Below, one piece after another: positions 29,267 to 38,878 of a DNA stretch of 64,000 nucleotides. A program made the translations under genes and the position numbers. Location of the stretch: the NCBI GenBank assembly GCA_044359815.1, contig JBIKLL010000006.1:11034-75033 (forward strand), written 5' to 3'. The stretch is from Pseudobdellovibrionaceae bacterium. GTDB lineage: Bacteria; Bdellovibrionota; Bdellovibrionia; Bdellovibrionales; Bdellovibrionaceae. The notes beneath the pieces are model-generated. The model was not told the origin of the DNA. It searched no databases and saw only the letters and a program-made list of their open reading frames with translations. Each line of letters opens with the position of its first letter. Position 1 is the first letter of the stretch.

Positions 29267-30103
29267 TTACAGATAAGAAAGCAGTTCTGTTTTTAGGCTA
29301 GGGGACAGGTCCCGCGAGTTTTGGACTTTTTCTTTCAGATAGTCCTTCAAATAATTGATTTCTGGTCCGCGAATCCAGTTTGAAAAACTTTTGAAATTGC
29401 TTCTGACATTAAAGGTTTCCAAATCCTGCAGCCGCCAAAAATCACAATCTATCCATCGAACTTTACCTGATGCGGAAACCGCAATATCAACGTCTTCGAT
29501 GGCTATACCTCTTTCCAAAGCCTTAAGGTAAAAATCTGCAGCTTTTCTGAGGACTGGTTTTTCAACTAATAATTTCGCCGTATCACTGTCACGAGTGTAA
29601 TATCCCTTAGTTGTGTAAAAAGCTTCGTCAGGAAAAAGTCTTTCCATTTTAATATAAAAATTTAATAAGCCATTTTGTAATTTCATAAATCCATAATCAT
29701 AAATTTTTGGACCACCGACCAATGATCCCAGCAAAGCGCCTTCTAAAAAACCTCTCTGTAAATCAAACAAATGATGTTTGGGATCCATCACACGAAATGT
29801 TTTTATAATCTTGCTGACTCCATTTTCACTGTAAGTGAACAAGCCCGCATTCAAACCCCCACGGGCTTCTATTTTATGAACTGTCCTGCCGTTAAACAAA
29901 AATGAATTATGATAACCAGTGATTGGCGTTAGCTCATGGGGTTGTTTGGCTTTGATAAAAAGTTCGTTGTTGAATGGAGCTATCTGAAAGGAATCATCAC
30001 AGGTTGGATTGGCGGCAGCAATACAGTGATTAGTAATCGCTAAGGCAAAAACCAAAAGCAAATTGAGCTTTAATTTGGAACATTGAAAAAACATGTGGGG
30101 CAT
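29267..30103 (-). CDS. Secreted protein with protein-kinase-like motifs
   Basis: Signal-like N-terminus; IIKT, GPKIYDYG, YIKMERL and VRWID resemble kinase subdomains II, IV, V and VII. Confidence 0.55.
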   Translation of the reverse strand: MPHMFFQCSKLKLNLLLVFALAITNHCIAAANPTCDDSFQIAPFNNELFIKAKQPHELTPITGYHNSFLFNGRTVHKIEARGGLNAGLFTYSENGVSKIIKTFRVMDPKHHLFDLQRGFLEGALLGSLVGGPKIYDYGFMKLQNGLLNFYIKMERLFPDEAFYTTKGYYTRDSDTAKLLVEKPVLRKAADFYLKALERGIAIEDVDIAVSASGKVRWIDCDFWRLQDLETFNVRSNFKSFSNWIRGPEINYLKDYLKEKVQNSRDLSPSLKTELLSYL

Positions 30104-30340
30104 GGGCTTTTGTTAAAAGAAAACAGCATAATTTGTCATGCGATTTCTCTGAAAAACCCACCAAAAGCGTGATTTTGAATTTTTTAGATCATTTTATTTT
30201 TATAAACTGGTCCCTCTGCCTGCGGTGAATTCAAATTTACCACAGGTGATAAAACCATTTGTTTTTATCAAACCAATAAAAACAAATGCAACAACTGGAA
30301 AAGTAATTATTAAAATCTAAAGCCTGCTAGATTGGCAATT

Positions 30341-32875
30341 TTACGGTGCCACTGATCCTGTCATCGACATAAAAGAAAATCCTGTTCGATATTTTGATCC
30401 ATAGGTCCCAGAAGGTAACAACAATTTGCCATTTAATGTGGACACTTGGGTGCCTACTGTGATTGACGGACCGAAATTTGAATTTAATGTTCCGTAAGAA
30501 CCCGTCGTAGCATCCAAATGCACCAAACGACTATTGATCAAGATTCCATTTACCAAGTTTAAAATGTCTGAGTGAATAAACAGATTATTGCCAATAAAAC
30601 CCAGATCTAAAAGTGTGATTGGAGTGTAAGTACCCAATGGAAAGCTGGGATCAAAGTAATGGACATCATTCTGCAAATTGGGATTAAAACTGGCATTGAC
30701 ACTGCCGCTCATATTCAAAGCAGCTATGCTGGCTCGGGATTGTCCGCCAATTGATGAAAAAGCTCCATGTACATAGATCAATCCATTTCCTGGATTGTAT
30801 CTGAGCAAAGAAATGTTTCCAACAATTGCAGGAGTCGAAAAGCCCGAATGTAAACTACTGGTGGTTTTTTCTAAAGCTACCAGTCCGATCCGAGGAAATG
30901 AATTTACATTTGTAAACGATCCGCAGACAAATATGCGATCAGGAGCGACCTCCAGATCATACACATAGTCATTTACCGAAGGCGCCCAGCTGTCCAATGT
31001 TACATTCACAGTGGTAACATTGAATCTGGCCAAATTAGTTCTATTGAATCCCCCGAAATTCAAACCAAATAAACCTGCAACGTATAAACTGTCTCCGTCT
31101 TTTTCTATTGTCCTCACAATTTTATTGGCTGTATTTATGCCCATATCAAAGCTTGTCAATACCCCAATAGTACGGTCAACAATTGCGACACCTGTTTTTG
31201 CAACTCCCCCGATAGTCAATCCAGTTCCCAAAGTCATAAATGCCAATTTATTACTAAAGGCTAAAACTCGTGAGGGCACATTGGTTGCTGCTCCAATGTC
31301 AAAAGGCACACTCAAGTTGGTTGTCTTTCCTGTTATCAGATTAAACTCTACAAAGTGATTTTTTCTGACTCCGTTGATGTGTGAAAAATCACCACCAATA
31401 TAATATTTAGTTGGGTTGTAATAATCTGCAGCGACTGCAAAAATGGAATCACCGGCATTCGGATATCCAAAACCAGGAAAAATCAACCCTCCTGCAGAAT
31501 AAAGTGAATTTTGAATTGGTGAAGGCAATCCAGCAATGGCGCCGCTACCCTTTAGGGCTTCAGCAAATCCATTGATGCCCAATGACCCAATTAACTGAAA
31601 AGATCCGGTCATAAATACCGAGGTATTTGTAAATGAAAATCCTCTGACCATTGACCCCATCAAATATCCCAAAACATTAAACGGCGGCACAACAAACTGG
31701 GGATTGAAATTTGTCAGAGCCCTAGTCGTCAAATCAATCGCGGCTGCTGTGATTCTGGATTCTGAATTGATCATGTTAAATGCACCTGCGATGTACAAAA
31801 CTCCGTTGTCGACCTCTAAGCGATTGATCAGAGTCTGGTTCACGCCACCATCAATGTTTTGAATATTTGGGTTAAATAAAGCATCAGCAGCCCCGGTGTT
31901 TTCGTTTAAAGCTTCCAGGTATGAATTCACCCCACCCAATGAGTTCCATACTCCGCCCACATAGACCCTGGAATTATAGTAAGCAATTGTGTAAGCTCCG
32001 CCATATGCTTGGGGTGTCGCAATGGGAATCCAAGTATATCTGTTCACGCTAGGACTCCAGCCTATAAATCTGGTGCCGTTTGATTTATTCAATGCCAACA
32101 ACTGAACATTAGGGGTTGTAAAATCCCCTACCAAATAAAGGTAGTTGGTGTTCATTGCCATTTGTCGAACAGCCGCATTCAGAACTGGTGGAATCCAAAG
32201 CATATCAACAGTTCCGTCCAGATTTATAGCTGCGACCTTGGATCTTCCAAACAGGTTTACATTGTCAAATGCCCCTGCTACAAAAATTTTTGAGGGCGTC
32301 ACAATAATGTCATAAACTTCGCCGTCAAACTGAGGATTAAAAGTATTATCGACCCTACCATTTGGCAGAATTCTGGCTAACCTGTTGTGAGGCTGCCCCC
32401 CAACATAAGTAAAACTGCCACCAATGATCCAACCACCATTGCCATCAGCTTTGACCACAAAGACATTCCCATTTACGTGAGCAATGTCTTTCCAGCTTTG
32501 CAAGGCTGCACCTGTGTCTTTGTCAATCATCAAACCAGCACCAGTGCATTCACCCACAGAAGTAAAACCACCCACTGCAAACATCGAGTTTCCTGAAGTG
32601 TCGGTGTCGAGGATACTGCCATCTGTGCAATAAGGAGTTGATACATTGGGCTGTCTGCCCATAAAACCAAATGGAGCACTGAATGGATATTCAGCGTGAG
32701 CCAGATTAAAAGTTAGAATTGAAAATAGGAAAATTAAACGCGAACAAAATTTCGCTTCCAAAGCGTCGTTCTTTTTAAAAAACAAATTCAATTTCAACCC
32801 CACCCTACTATTGTAATTGAGATAACTACGCACAATCAATTCAAGAACAGAGTCCAATCCCAAATCGAGCCACAT
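30341..32875 (-). CDS. Large secreted beta-propeller repeat protein (delta-60-like)
   Basis: Recurring YV.G.F....G....LA.LN...G.D..FNP repeats; AHA signal cleavage site; true start probably downstream of 32875. Confidence 0.78.
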   Translation of the reverse strand: MWLDLGLDSVLELIVRSYLNYNSRVGLKLNLFFKKNDALEAKFCSRLIFLFSILTFNLAHAEYPFSAPFGFMGRQPNVSTPYCTDGSILDTDTSGNSMFAVGGFTSVGECTGAGLMIDKDTGAALQSWKDIAHVNGNVFVVKADGNGGWIIGGSFTYVGGQPHNRLARILPNGRVDNTFNPQFDGEVYDIIVTPSKIFVAGAFDNVNLFGRSKVAAINLDGTVDMLWIPPVLNAAVRQMAMNTNYLYLVGDFTTPNVQLLALNKSNGTRFIGWSPSVNRYTWIPIATPQAYGGAYTIAYYNSRVYVGGVWNSLGGVNSYLEALNENTGAADALFNPNIQNIDGGVNQTLINRLEVDNGVLYIAGAFNMINSESRITAAAIDLTTRALTNFNPQFVVPPFNVLGYLMGSMVRGFSFTNTSVFMTGSFQLIGSLGINGFAEALKGSGAIAGLPSPIQNSLYSAGGLIFPGFGYPNAGDSIFAVAADYYNPTKYYIGGDFSHINGVRKNHFVEFNLITGKTTNLSVPFDIGAATNVPSRVLAFSNKLAFMTLGTGLTIGGVAKTGVAIVDRTIGVLTSFDMGINTANKIVRTIEKDGDSLYVAGLFGLNFGGFNRTNLARFNVTTVNVTLDSWAPSVNDYVYDLEVAPDRIFVCGSFTNVNSFPRIGLVALEKTTSSLHSGFSTPAIVGNISLLRYNPGNGLIYVHGAFSSIGGQSRASIAALNMSGSVNASFNPNLQNDVHYFDPSFPLGTYTPITLLDLGFIGNNLFIHSDILNLVNGILINSRLVHLDATTGSYGTLNSNFGPSITVGTQVSTLNGKLLLPSGTYGSKYRTGFSFMSMTGSVAP

Positions 32876-32967
32876 GTACTAAAGATTCTTTTTATATTTT
32901 ATAGTTTTCTGGATTCAACATTCACCAATCCCAAATTGAGATAAAAATCCGTTTAAATGATTGCCCC

Positions 32968-32983
32968 TGGCATCTTTATTGAA
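32968..32983 (+). promoter_or_regulatory. Possible sigma54 -24/-12 promoter
   Basis: TGGCATCTTTATTGAA versus TGGCAC-N5-TTGCW (the -12 C is mismatched). Confidence 0.4.
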
Positions 32984-32996
32984 CTAATCAGTCAGT

Positions 32997-33887
32997 ATGA
33001 AGTTCAAAGTTCTGCTAGCCCTATTTATATCGATCCTGGCAGCTCAAACTGTCCAAGCCAATGACAGCTGTGAGCCAGTATTTGTCCATACTATTGAACC
33101 TGATTTCCCAGGGGTTGACCTGCCAGCTTTGTATCAAGTGTTTAAGATTAATTTTGATGTCACCGTCAGCGAAGTCCCCGAATCCAAAATGCCTACAGCT
33201 AACAAACGTGATATGGGGCTTTACCTACTGAAAAAAAAGCAAGTCTATATAGCCAAGGCTTACAGACCCATCACCAAACATTTAGTGGCCAATCATGAGC
33301 TTGTGCATGTCAGATATTTTGATCGCTTTCAGAAATTTCCTGATTCAATAGAAAATTTTATGGGCACTTCATTGATAGCCGGAGGCAAAAATAAGTTTAA
33401 CGGAACTCTGCAACAGTATTATCCTGATTCATTTAAACTTGAGGAAGTGTTAGCTTACGCCAGCGACATTAAAAATTCTTTTAATATTCTTAAATCCAAA
33501 AAACTAATTCATGCGCCAGACATCCAGGAAGTCCAAATTTATTACCAAACATCCATTGAAGTATTTGATGCCTTGGTTGAAACCAGTCTGGGATCACTGA
33601 AAGCCACCAGATCCTACATTTACGATCGCATCAGATCCAAAGAGCCCTTGGACATTAAAATGATTCCGCATTTTAATGAAAAACCTGATTTTTGGATAAT
33701 GGAAATGACGATCAAAGATCAGCATGGCGAGCCCATGATTTTACTGGAAATCCCAATCTATGACCCGGCCTTTTCAAAAAACAGAACCATTGAAAACTTG
33801 GAAGCCAAGCTGATAAAAAATTTGGATTACGCAATCAAAAGAATCATACTTACCCAAGTAGACATCAAGAGTTACAGGATTCAGTAA
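32997..33887 (+). CDS. Secreted hypothetical protein with HEXXH motif
   Basis: Signal peptide ending VQA; HELVH plus downstream EEVLAY. Confidence 0.65.
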   Translation: MKFKVLLALFISILAAQTVQANDSCEPVFVHTIEPDFPGVDLPALYQVFKINFDVTVSEVPESKMPTANKRDMGLYLLKKKQVYIAKAYRPITKHLVANHELVHVRYFDRFQKFPDSIENFMGTSLIAGGKNKFNGTLQQYYPDSFKLEEVLAYASDIKNSFNILKSKKLIHAPDIQEVQIYYQTSIEVFDALVETSLGSLKATRSYIYDRIRSKEPLDIKMIPHFNEKPDFWIMEMTIKDQHGEPMILLEIPIYDPAFSKNRTIENLEAKLIKNLDYAIKRIILTQVDIKSYRIQ

Positions 33888-34031
33888 TCACACCAAATTT
33901 TTGACAACAAAAATTTAAATATGCATCTAAAAAATTATCTGAATCTGGTTTTTTAGAATAATAGCAACAAACTGTTGTCAGCTTTTTAAAAATCAAAATT
34001 TTAGTAAACCCGATCCATCAGATATTAATGA

Positions 34032-34559
34032 CTACAAACTGGCTTCAGGATCTCGGTCAGGAACTTTAATCGCAATTTTGTTGCTGCCCAGGCTCTTTAA
34101 AGTCTTGCCTGGATTTTGAACTACACGTTGTTGTAGCGCCGTAAAAATGGGCTCCCTGATAGCCAAATTATTATCCTGCAATACACACTGCCTAGCAGTT
34201 TTCTTGTCGATATTGATCACAATAGGAGCTTTTAAATTGGCCGTCATCTTGGTCGGATCGGCCGGTATAGTGACGATACAAAATTTTGAAACATGGGCTT
34301 CTGGTCCGATTTTTAATGCTTCCAGATCAGACTTGGCCAACTGCAATTTTGTGTTCGGAGCACAAATCTCGGGCTCCAATAGCGGAAAGGCAATCGCTGC
34401 ATCATCACAGCTTTGCAACCAAGCAAAAATATCATCGTGAGGATCGTCCAAAAGGACAAACTTTTTCAAATCAGCAAAACCCAAAAGGCCTTCGCTAAAT
34501 TGCAAAATTTCATTTTCATTTACTGAAACTTGACCAAAGCGAGTTGTCTTGATGACCAC
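34032..34559 (-). CDS. fliW: Flagellar assembly factor FliW (CsrA antagonist)
   Basis: TTRFG, F.EGLLGF, WLQS and TANLKAPIVIN; downstream of csrA. Confidence 0.95.
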   Translation of the reverse strand: MVIKTTRFGQVSVNENEILQFSEGLLGFADLKKFVLLDDPHDDIFAWLQSCDDAAIAFPLLEPEICAPNTKLQLAKSDLEALKIGPEAHVSKFCIVTIPADPTKMTANLKAPIVINIDKKTARQCVLQDNNLAIREPIFTALQQRVVQNPGKTLKSLGSNKIAIKVPDRDPEASL

Positions 34560-34725
34560 TGCTATCCCCCCTCTTGAAATTTGCTAACACTTAAAATTCT
34601 AGATTTTTTATGACAAAAGTCCAGTTTTTAAGTCCCATCCCTAGGCGTAGCATGCACCTATTTTAAAGACACAGCAAGACAAAAATTGGTCAATAAATTA
34701 GCATAATTTTTTTGAATAAGACTTA

Positions 34726-34953
34726 TTATTTCTTAAGCATTTCGCCCAATTTGCGAGTCGCATCAGTTGATGCGTGGGCTGAATCTTTATTGGTTTCCTG
34801 GATAGCTAAATACACTTCTTCACGGTGAATTTTAGTTTCACGTGGCGCTTCAATGCCCAGTCTAACCTGTTTGCCTTTAATTTGAACAACGCGAATTTTG
34901 ATGTGGTCATCAATAGCGATGCTTTCACCCAACTTCCTTGTAAGAACCAGCAT
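34726..34953 (-). CDS. csrA: Carbon storage regulator CsrA (FliW-binding type)
   Basis: MLVLTRK.GESI, VRLGIEAP and HREE; R44, N55 and a C-terminal extension. Confidence 0.97.
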   Translation of the reverse strand: MLVLTRKLGESIAIDDHIKIRVVQIKGKQVRLGIEAPRETKIHREEVYLAIQETNKDSAHASTDATRKLGEMLKK

Positions 34954-35006
34954 TCTTTACTCCTGGATAATCAAACGCCAAAGCGTTTTAGCTAACGTCC
35001 CTGTTA

Positions 35007-35033
35007 TTATCGGAACTCTAAAGTAAAACTGTA
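35007..35033 (-). promoter_or_regulatory. sigma28-like internal promoter for csrA-fliW
   Basis: Minus strand TACA-N15-TCCGATAA. Confidence 0.6.
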
Positions 35034-35043
35034 GCTATAACTT

Positions 35044-36126
35044 CTATTTTAGAAAGTCAAGCAGACTAAGGTTGGCTACTTTGCCAGAAGTTTCTAAGGT
35101 TGCTCTGAGGGTCGAGTCCGTTTTGTTCATATCACTGACGACTTGAAACAAATCTGCGTCTTCATTTTGTGATGCTGTGATTTTGCTTTCGACAACAGAT
35201 TTTTGCAAACTTTCTTGAGCTGCATTTAGAGCCATAATTCTAGACCCAACTTGTGCTCTGGAGTTGACGACTTGTGTGATGGCAAAATCCATACTGTCGA
35301 TTGCCGACTGTATTTCAGCTTTGTCATTCACTCTCAGAGCTATTTCAAAATCTTTAATGGCCTTCAGAATATTTAATCCCTTGAATGTGGGATCAGGTAC
35401 GGACTCAACTGTTGAGCCTTTTCTGGTCGAATTTGCAGGAGCTCTTAGCTGAATCGGTTCAAATTTTTTCTCTTCTGCTTCTTGTTGATCCAGCTTCTCT
35501 TTTATTTGTAAATTTTGCAGTTCCCGAGTATCACGAGGCACATCATTTTTAGAAGTAATCAGTCCATCTGGACCCAAGTTTCGACCTAAAAAAACCATTT
35601 CGCCTGGCAGATTCATCGACACAAAAGCAGACTTGTTAACTTGGATTTTCATTTCACCATTGTCACCGGCGTAATCGCCGTTGCGATCAAATGGTGTTTT
35701 GTTTGTCTGATGACCAGCAAACACATACCTGTCACCTAGTTTGCGGTTTCCGATTTGAATGGCCTGATTGTAGACTTGGCCAATTTCTGCAGCCACCACA
35801 CGGCGAGTGTCTTCGCTGGCTCCGGCATCGCTGGCTTGTTGGATCGCAAGCTCTTTCAGTCTCATTAATGATTCAGTGAACTCAGACAATGATTGATCTG
35901 TGGCTTCCAAAAAACTGCGGGCCACATTAATGTTTTTAATAAACTGAGTTGCTCCACGCTCTTCAGTCCTGGCTGCCAATACACGGGCTGATCCTGTGGG
36001 ATCGTCAGAAGGTTTTGTTAATTTTTTCTGAGTCGCGGCTTGATTTTGCAGCTCATACATTTCACCCCTGTTCTTCTGAACATTAGTGGTGACTTGGTTG
36101 TAGTTCATTTTATCCGCTATTCTCAT
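35044..36126 (-). CDS. flgL: Flagellar hook-associated protein 3
   Basis: KPSDDP, RYVFAG and SLLDFLK; follows flgK. Confidence 0.93.
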   Translation of the reverse strand: MRIADKMNYNQVTTNVQKNRGEMYELQNQAATQKKLTKPSDDPTGSARVLAARTEERGATQFIKNINVARSFLEATDQSLSEFTESLMRLKELAIQQASDAGASEDTRRVVAAEIGQVYNQAIQIGNRKLGDRYVFAGHQTNKTPFDRNGDYAGDNGEMKIQVNKSAFVSMNLPGEMVFLGRNLGPDGLITSKNDVPRDTRELQNLQIKEKLDQQEAEEKKFEPIQLRAPANSTRKGSTVESVPDPTFKGLNILKAIKDFEIALRVNDKAEIQSAIDSMDFAITQVVNSRAQVGSRIMALNAAQESLQKSVVESKITASQNEDADLFQVVSDMNKTDSTLRATLETSGKVANLSLLDFLK

Positions 36127-36130
36127 TTAA

Positions 36131-37537
36131 TCATAACCTTTTCAAATTCAAAACTGTGTCGAACATTTCATCGGCGGTGCGAATGATTCTGGCTGAGGCA
36201 TCAAATGACTTTTGAAACTCCAACATCTTGGTGGTTTCTTCGTCCAAGCTCACACCGCTGATTGATTCGCGCAAATTATTAAGCTGATTAAAATTGTTTT
36301 CTTGGGTTTCCTTGGATTTAGCAGCTCGCTGAGTGATAACGCCGATTTTACCAACCTGCGAATTATAAAAATCATCGATGCTAGCGCCATTACCCATAAT
36401 GTCTTGGTTTTGTAATTGCGAAATCACCAAGGCCACCGAATTATCACCAATGGCATTGGGTTTATATGCAGAAGCAACTCTTCCGACATCACGAGCGATT
36501 TCTTGATTAACTTGAATTGCCGCCCCTGGTGGCATTTCTTCGTTCACTCCGGTAAAAAACGCAATACCCATATCACCATTGCGATCAAATCCACTCATGT
36601 GAGCTTTATTAACCTCAGTCGCAATGGTCAGTGCCATTAAATCATTATTGGCTTTTAAATCCTCAACAGTGCTGTCTCTGACATCGATAGCACCGCCAAT
36701 AGTGCCGCCAGTGATTCGATCAGTGATATTAAAGTCAGGCACACTGGGACTGTATTTATACAAAATCTGTGTGCGGCCCTGTTCGTTTTCGGTCACGCTC
36801 AGTTCCTGGTTATCATATCCCGAAACTAAAATGGCATTCCCAGCCGTTGTCACATTGACGATGCCTGTTGTGCTTTCGGCCCATTTTATATCAACCTTTT
36901 CATTTAATTTTTTTAACAACAAATCACGGCGGTCACGTTGATCATTGGCATTTGCACCTTGATTTTCGACACTGGCAATCTGGGCATTCAGTTGCGAAAT
37001 TTCTTCGGTCATTTTGTTGATTTCAACAACCTGATGTTTAATCCCCACATCCAGATCTTTTTGCACATCAGTCAATTGACTGTGGACTCTTTGAAAGTCT
37101 TTGCACATTGAATCTGCCGCTTCCTTAACGATCTGTCGCGAAGTTATCCCCTCGGGATTGTTTGCTAGCTCTCTGAAGGCATTAAAAAAATCAGTGATGT
37201 ATTGATTCAATCCCTTGTTTTGTTGTTCGTTATAGACTTGCTCAACCCGGGACAACGCTTCTGATCGCCCCTGGTGAAACCCCATCATGCCTTGCTCTTT
37301 TTGCAGTTGTTTTTCCAGATAAGGATTGTTGGTCCTGCTGACAGTGGCAGCCCTGTTACCCATACCCAACTGCAAACGGCCTTCAACAACAGGGGGCGCG
37401 GTAACTAAATCAACCCGCTGCCGAGAATAACCTTCGGTGGATTTATTTGCGATATTGTGTGACACAGTTTGCAGCGCCGTCTGACTGTTCATCATCGAGC
37501 GTTTTCCTATGTCCATCATGGCAGATATTTTAGCCAT
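36131..37537 (-). CDS. flgK: Flagellar hook-associated protein 1
   Basis: HNIAN..TEGYSRQ, DQRD and SGVSLDEE. Confidence 0.95.
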   Translation of the reverse strand: MAKISAMMDIGKRSMMNSQTALQTVSHNIANKSTEGYSRQRVDLVTAPPVVEGRLQLGMGNRAATVSRTNNPYLEKQLQKEQGMMGFHQGRSEALSRVEQVYNEQQNKGLNQYITDFFNAFRELANNPEGITSRQIVKEAADSMCKDFQRVHSQLTDVQKDLDVGIKHQVVEINKMTEEISQLNAQIASVENQGANANDQRDRRDLLLKKLNEKVDIKWAESTTGIVNVTTAGNAILVSGYDNQELSVTENEQGRTQILYKYSPSVPDFNITDRITGGTIGGAIDVRDSTVEDLKANNDLMALTIATEVNKAHMSGFDRNGDMGIAFFTGVNEEMPPGAAIQVNQEIARDVGRVASAYKPNAIGDNSVALVISQLQNQDIMGNGASIDDFYNSQVGKIGVITQRAAKSKETQENNFNQLNNLRESISGVSLDEETTKMLEFQKSFDASARIIRTADEMFDTVLNLKRL

Positions 37538-37564
37538 TACCTAACCCATCCTTGGTTCTAATTG

Positions 37565-38080
37565 CTAAGCTTCCTTGCTTGCAAAATTGCCAGCTTTATC
37601 TGGTCCTTGTGATAACTTGCCCTTTTTGTCGTAATTTTTTTTGCCCGATAAAGTTTCTTTAATTTCGCTCAAGCTGCCGTTCAGATTTCTGAGGGCGCCT
37701 TCAGCGTACTCTTCATTTTCCTTGTTCAGCTCTGAAACCTTTCTGACCAGTGATTCCAAAGTCGCGTGGATCCGCTTCAGAGCTTCAGCACTTCTGAGGT
37801 CCAGCTTGGTTGCCAGTTCCAACAATCTGGGCGCATCTGCATTGGCACCAATTGCCAGCGCTAATTCACGGGCGTGTTTTTCCCGGGATAAATCGATCAG
37901 TTTGATTTTTTGAATCAGAATATCTTTGGCAGAATTATTTTGATTAATTTTTTCCAGATCAGCTTGGATCAGCAGATTTTTTTCGCCACTTACGTTTTCA
38001 AGCAATAATTTATAATGCTTTGCCAGCTCCTCAAGATTGTGAACAAACTTTTGCAATACTGGATCAGTTGAAGAATCCAT
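37565..38080 (-). CDS. flgN: Flagellar export chaperone FlgN
   Basis: Helical protein between flgM and flgK; C-terminal Y..KG. Confidence 0.8.
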   Translation of the reverse strand: MDSSTDPVLQKFVHNLEELAKHYKLLLENVSGEKNLLIQADLEKINQNNSAKDILIQKIKLIDLSREKHARELALAIGANADAPRLLELATKLDLRSAEALKRIHATLESLVRKVSELNKENEEYAEGALRNLNGSLSEIKETLSGKKNYDKKGKLSQGPDKAGNFASKEA

Positions 38081-38096
38081 TCTTCATCCTTTTGGT

Positions 38097-38432
38097 CTAT
38101 GACCATTTAAGTTCTTCATCCACCAATCTATCAGCGATAGCTCTGGCGTCTGTTTTGTATTTTCCTTCATCAATTAATTTTTGCAGTCTTTGAACTTTTT
38201 CGTTATCAATGTCCGAACCGCCTTTTGCAATTTCTTTTGCTTTATTCATCATCTGAGCTTTTTCTGACAAATTAATTTTTGCTGAGCTTTCGGCTTCACC
38301 CATTTTGCCTAAAGTATCTAAACCAGCATCCTTAATTGACTGTTCTGCTTTTGCCGCTTTCGAGGCTTTTTCAGAGCGCGAAGTATCAATAATATTAAGA
38401 CTTTGCCCAATTTTGTTGTGAGTAATTTTCAT
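38097..38432 (-). CDS. flgM: Anti-sigma28 factor FlgM
   Basis: INLS...KV..L...I..GKY..D...IAD. Confidence 0.9.
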   Translation of the reverse strand: MKITHNKIGQSLNIIDTSRSEKASKAAKAEQSIKDAGLDTLGKMGEAESSAKINLSEKAQMMNKAKEIAKGGSDIDNEKVQRLQKLIDEGKYKTDARAIADRLVDEELKWS

Positions 38433-38497
38433 TCGAGCCTCCTGTAATAAAGTGTATCATATTGAGACTTGTCGGACCAAATTTTAACTGTGCATTC

Positions 38498-38878
38498 TTA
38501 CTTTTTATATTTTTCCAAGGCTTTGGTTTGTAGAGATTTGTCCAGTGGCATTGGGCCATTATTTGGCTGTTTCTGAGTGATTCCAAGAGCCTCTCCGTAT
38601 TTATCCAACAGATTTTTATAAATGGTCTCGGACAGACCCAGGCCACCCTGGTCCCCCCATTTTTCAACATACTCGTGATCTAGCTGTTCCTGAAAAATCT
38701 TCTGGCCCTGACTGACCGGGATTAGGCTGTCTTTGCCTGTGGTGGCCCGCATGGCTTTGACCATTTCGCGCATAAACTGTTTTTCATACAGTTTTCCAAT
38801 TTCTTTAAATTTATTGTCCATTTTTTCGGGATCAATTTTTTGTTGAAGCGGAATGGCTTTTTGGATTTTTACCGACAT
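38498..38878 (-). CDS. flgJ: FlgJ, rod-binding domain only
   Basis: YEKQFMREMVKAMRAT...GGLGL; no muramidase domain; ATG 38878 with AGGGA SD (alternative start 38887). Confidence 0.85.
   Translation of the reverse strand: MSVKIQKAIPLQQKIDPEKMDNKFKEIGKLYEKQFMREMVKAMRATTGKDSLIPVSQGQKIFQEQLDHEYVEKWGDQGGLGLSETIYKNLLDKYGEALGITQKQPNNGPMPLDKSLQTKALEKYKK

Noticed and set aside
29056..29301. 81-aa ORF across the inverted repeat
   Set aside because: Non-canonical start, lies over the palindromic element, no protein features
38468..38497. sigma28 promoter for flgM
   Set aside because: A TCCGACAA -10-like box is present, but there is no matching -35 at 15-nt spacing
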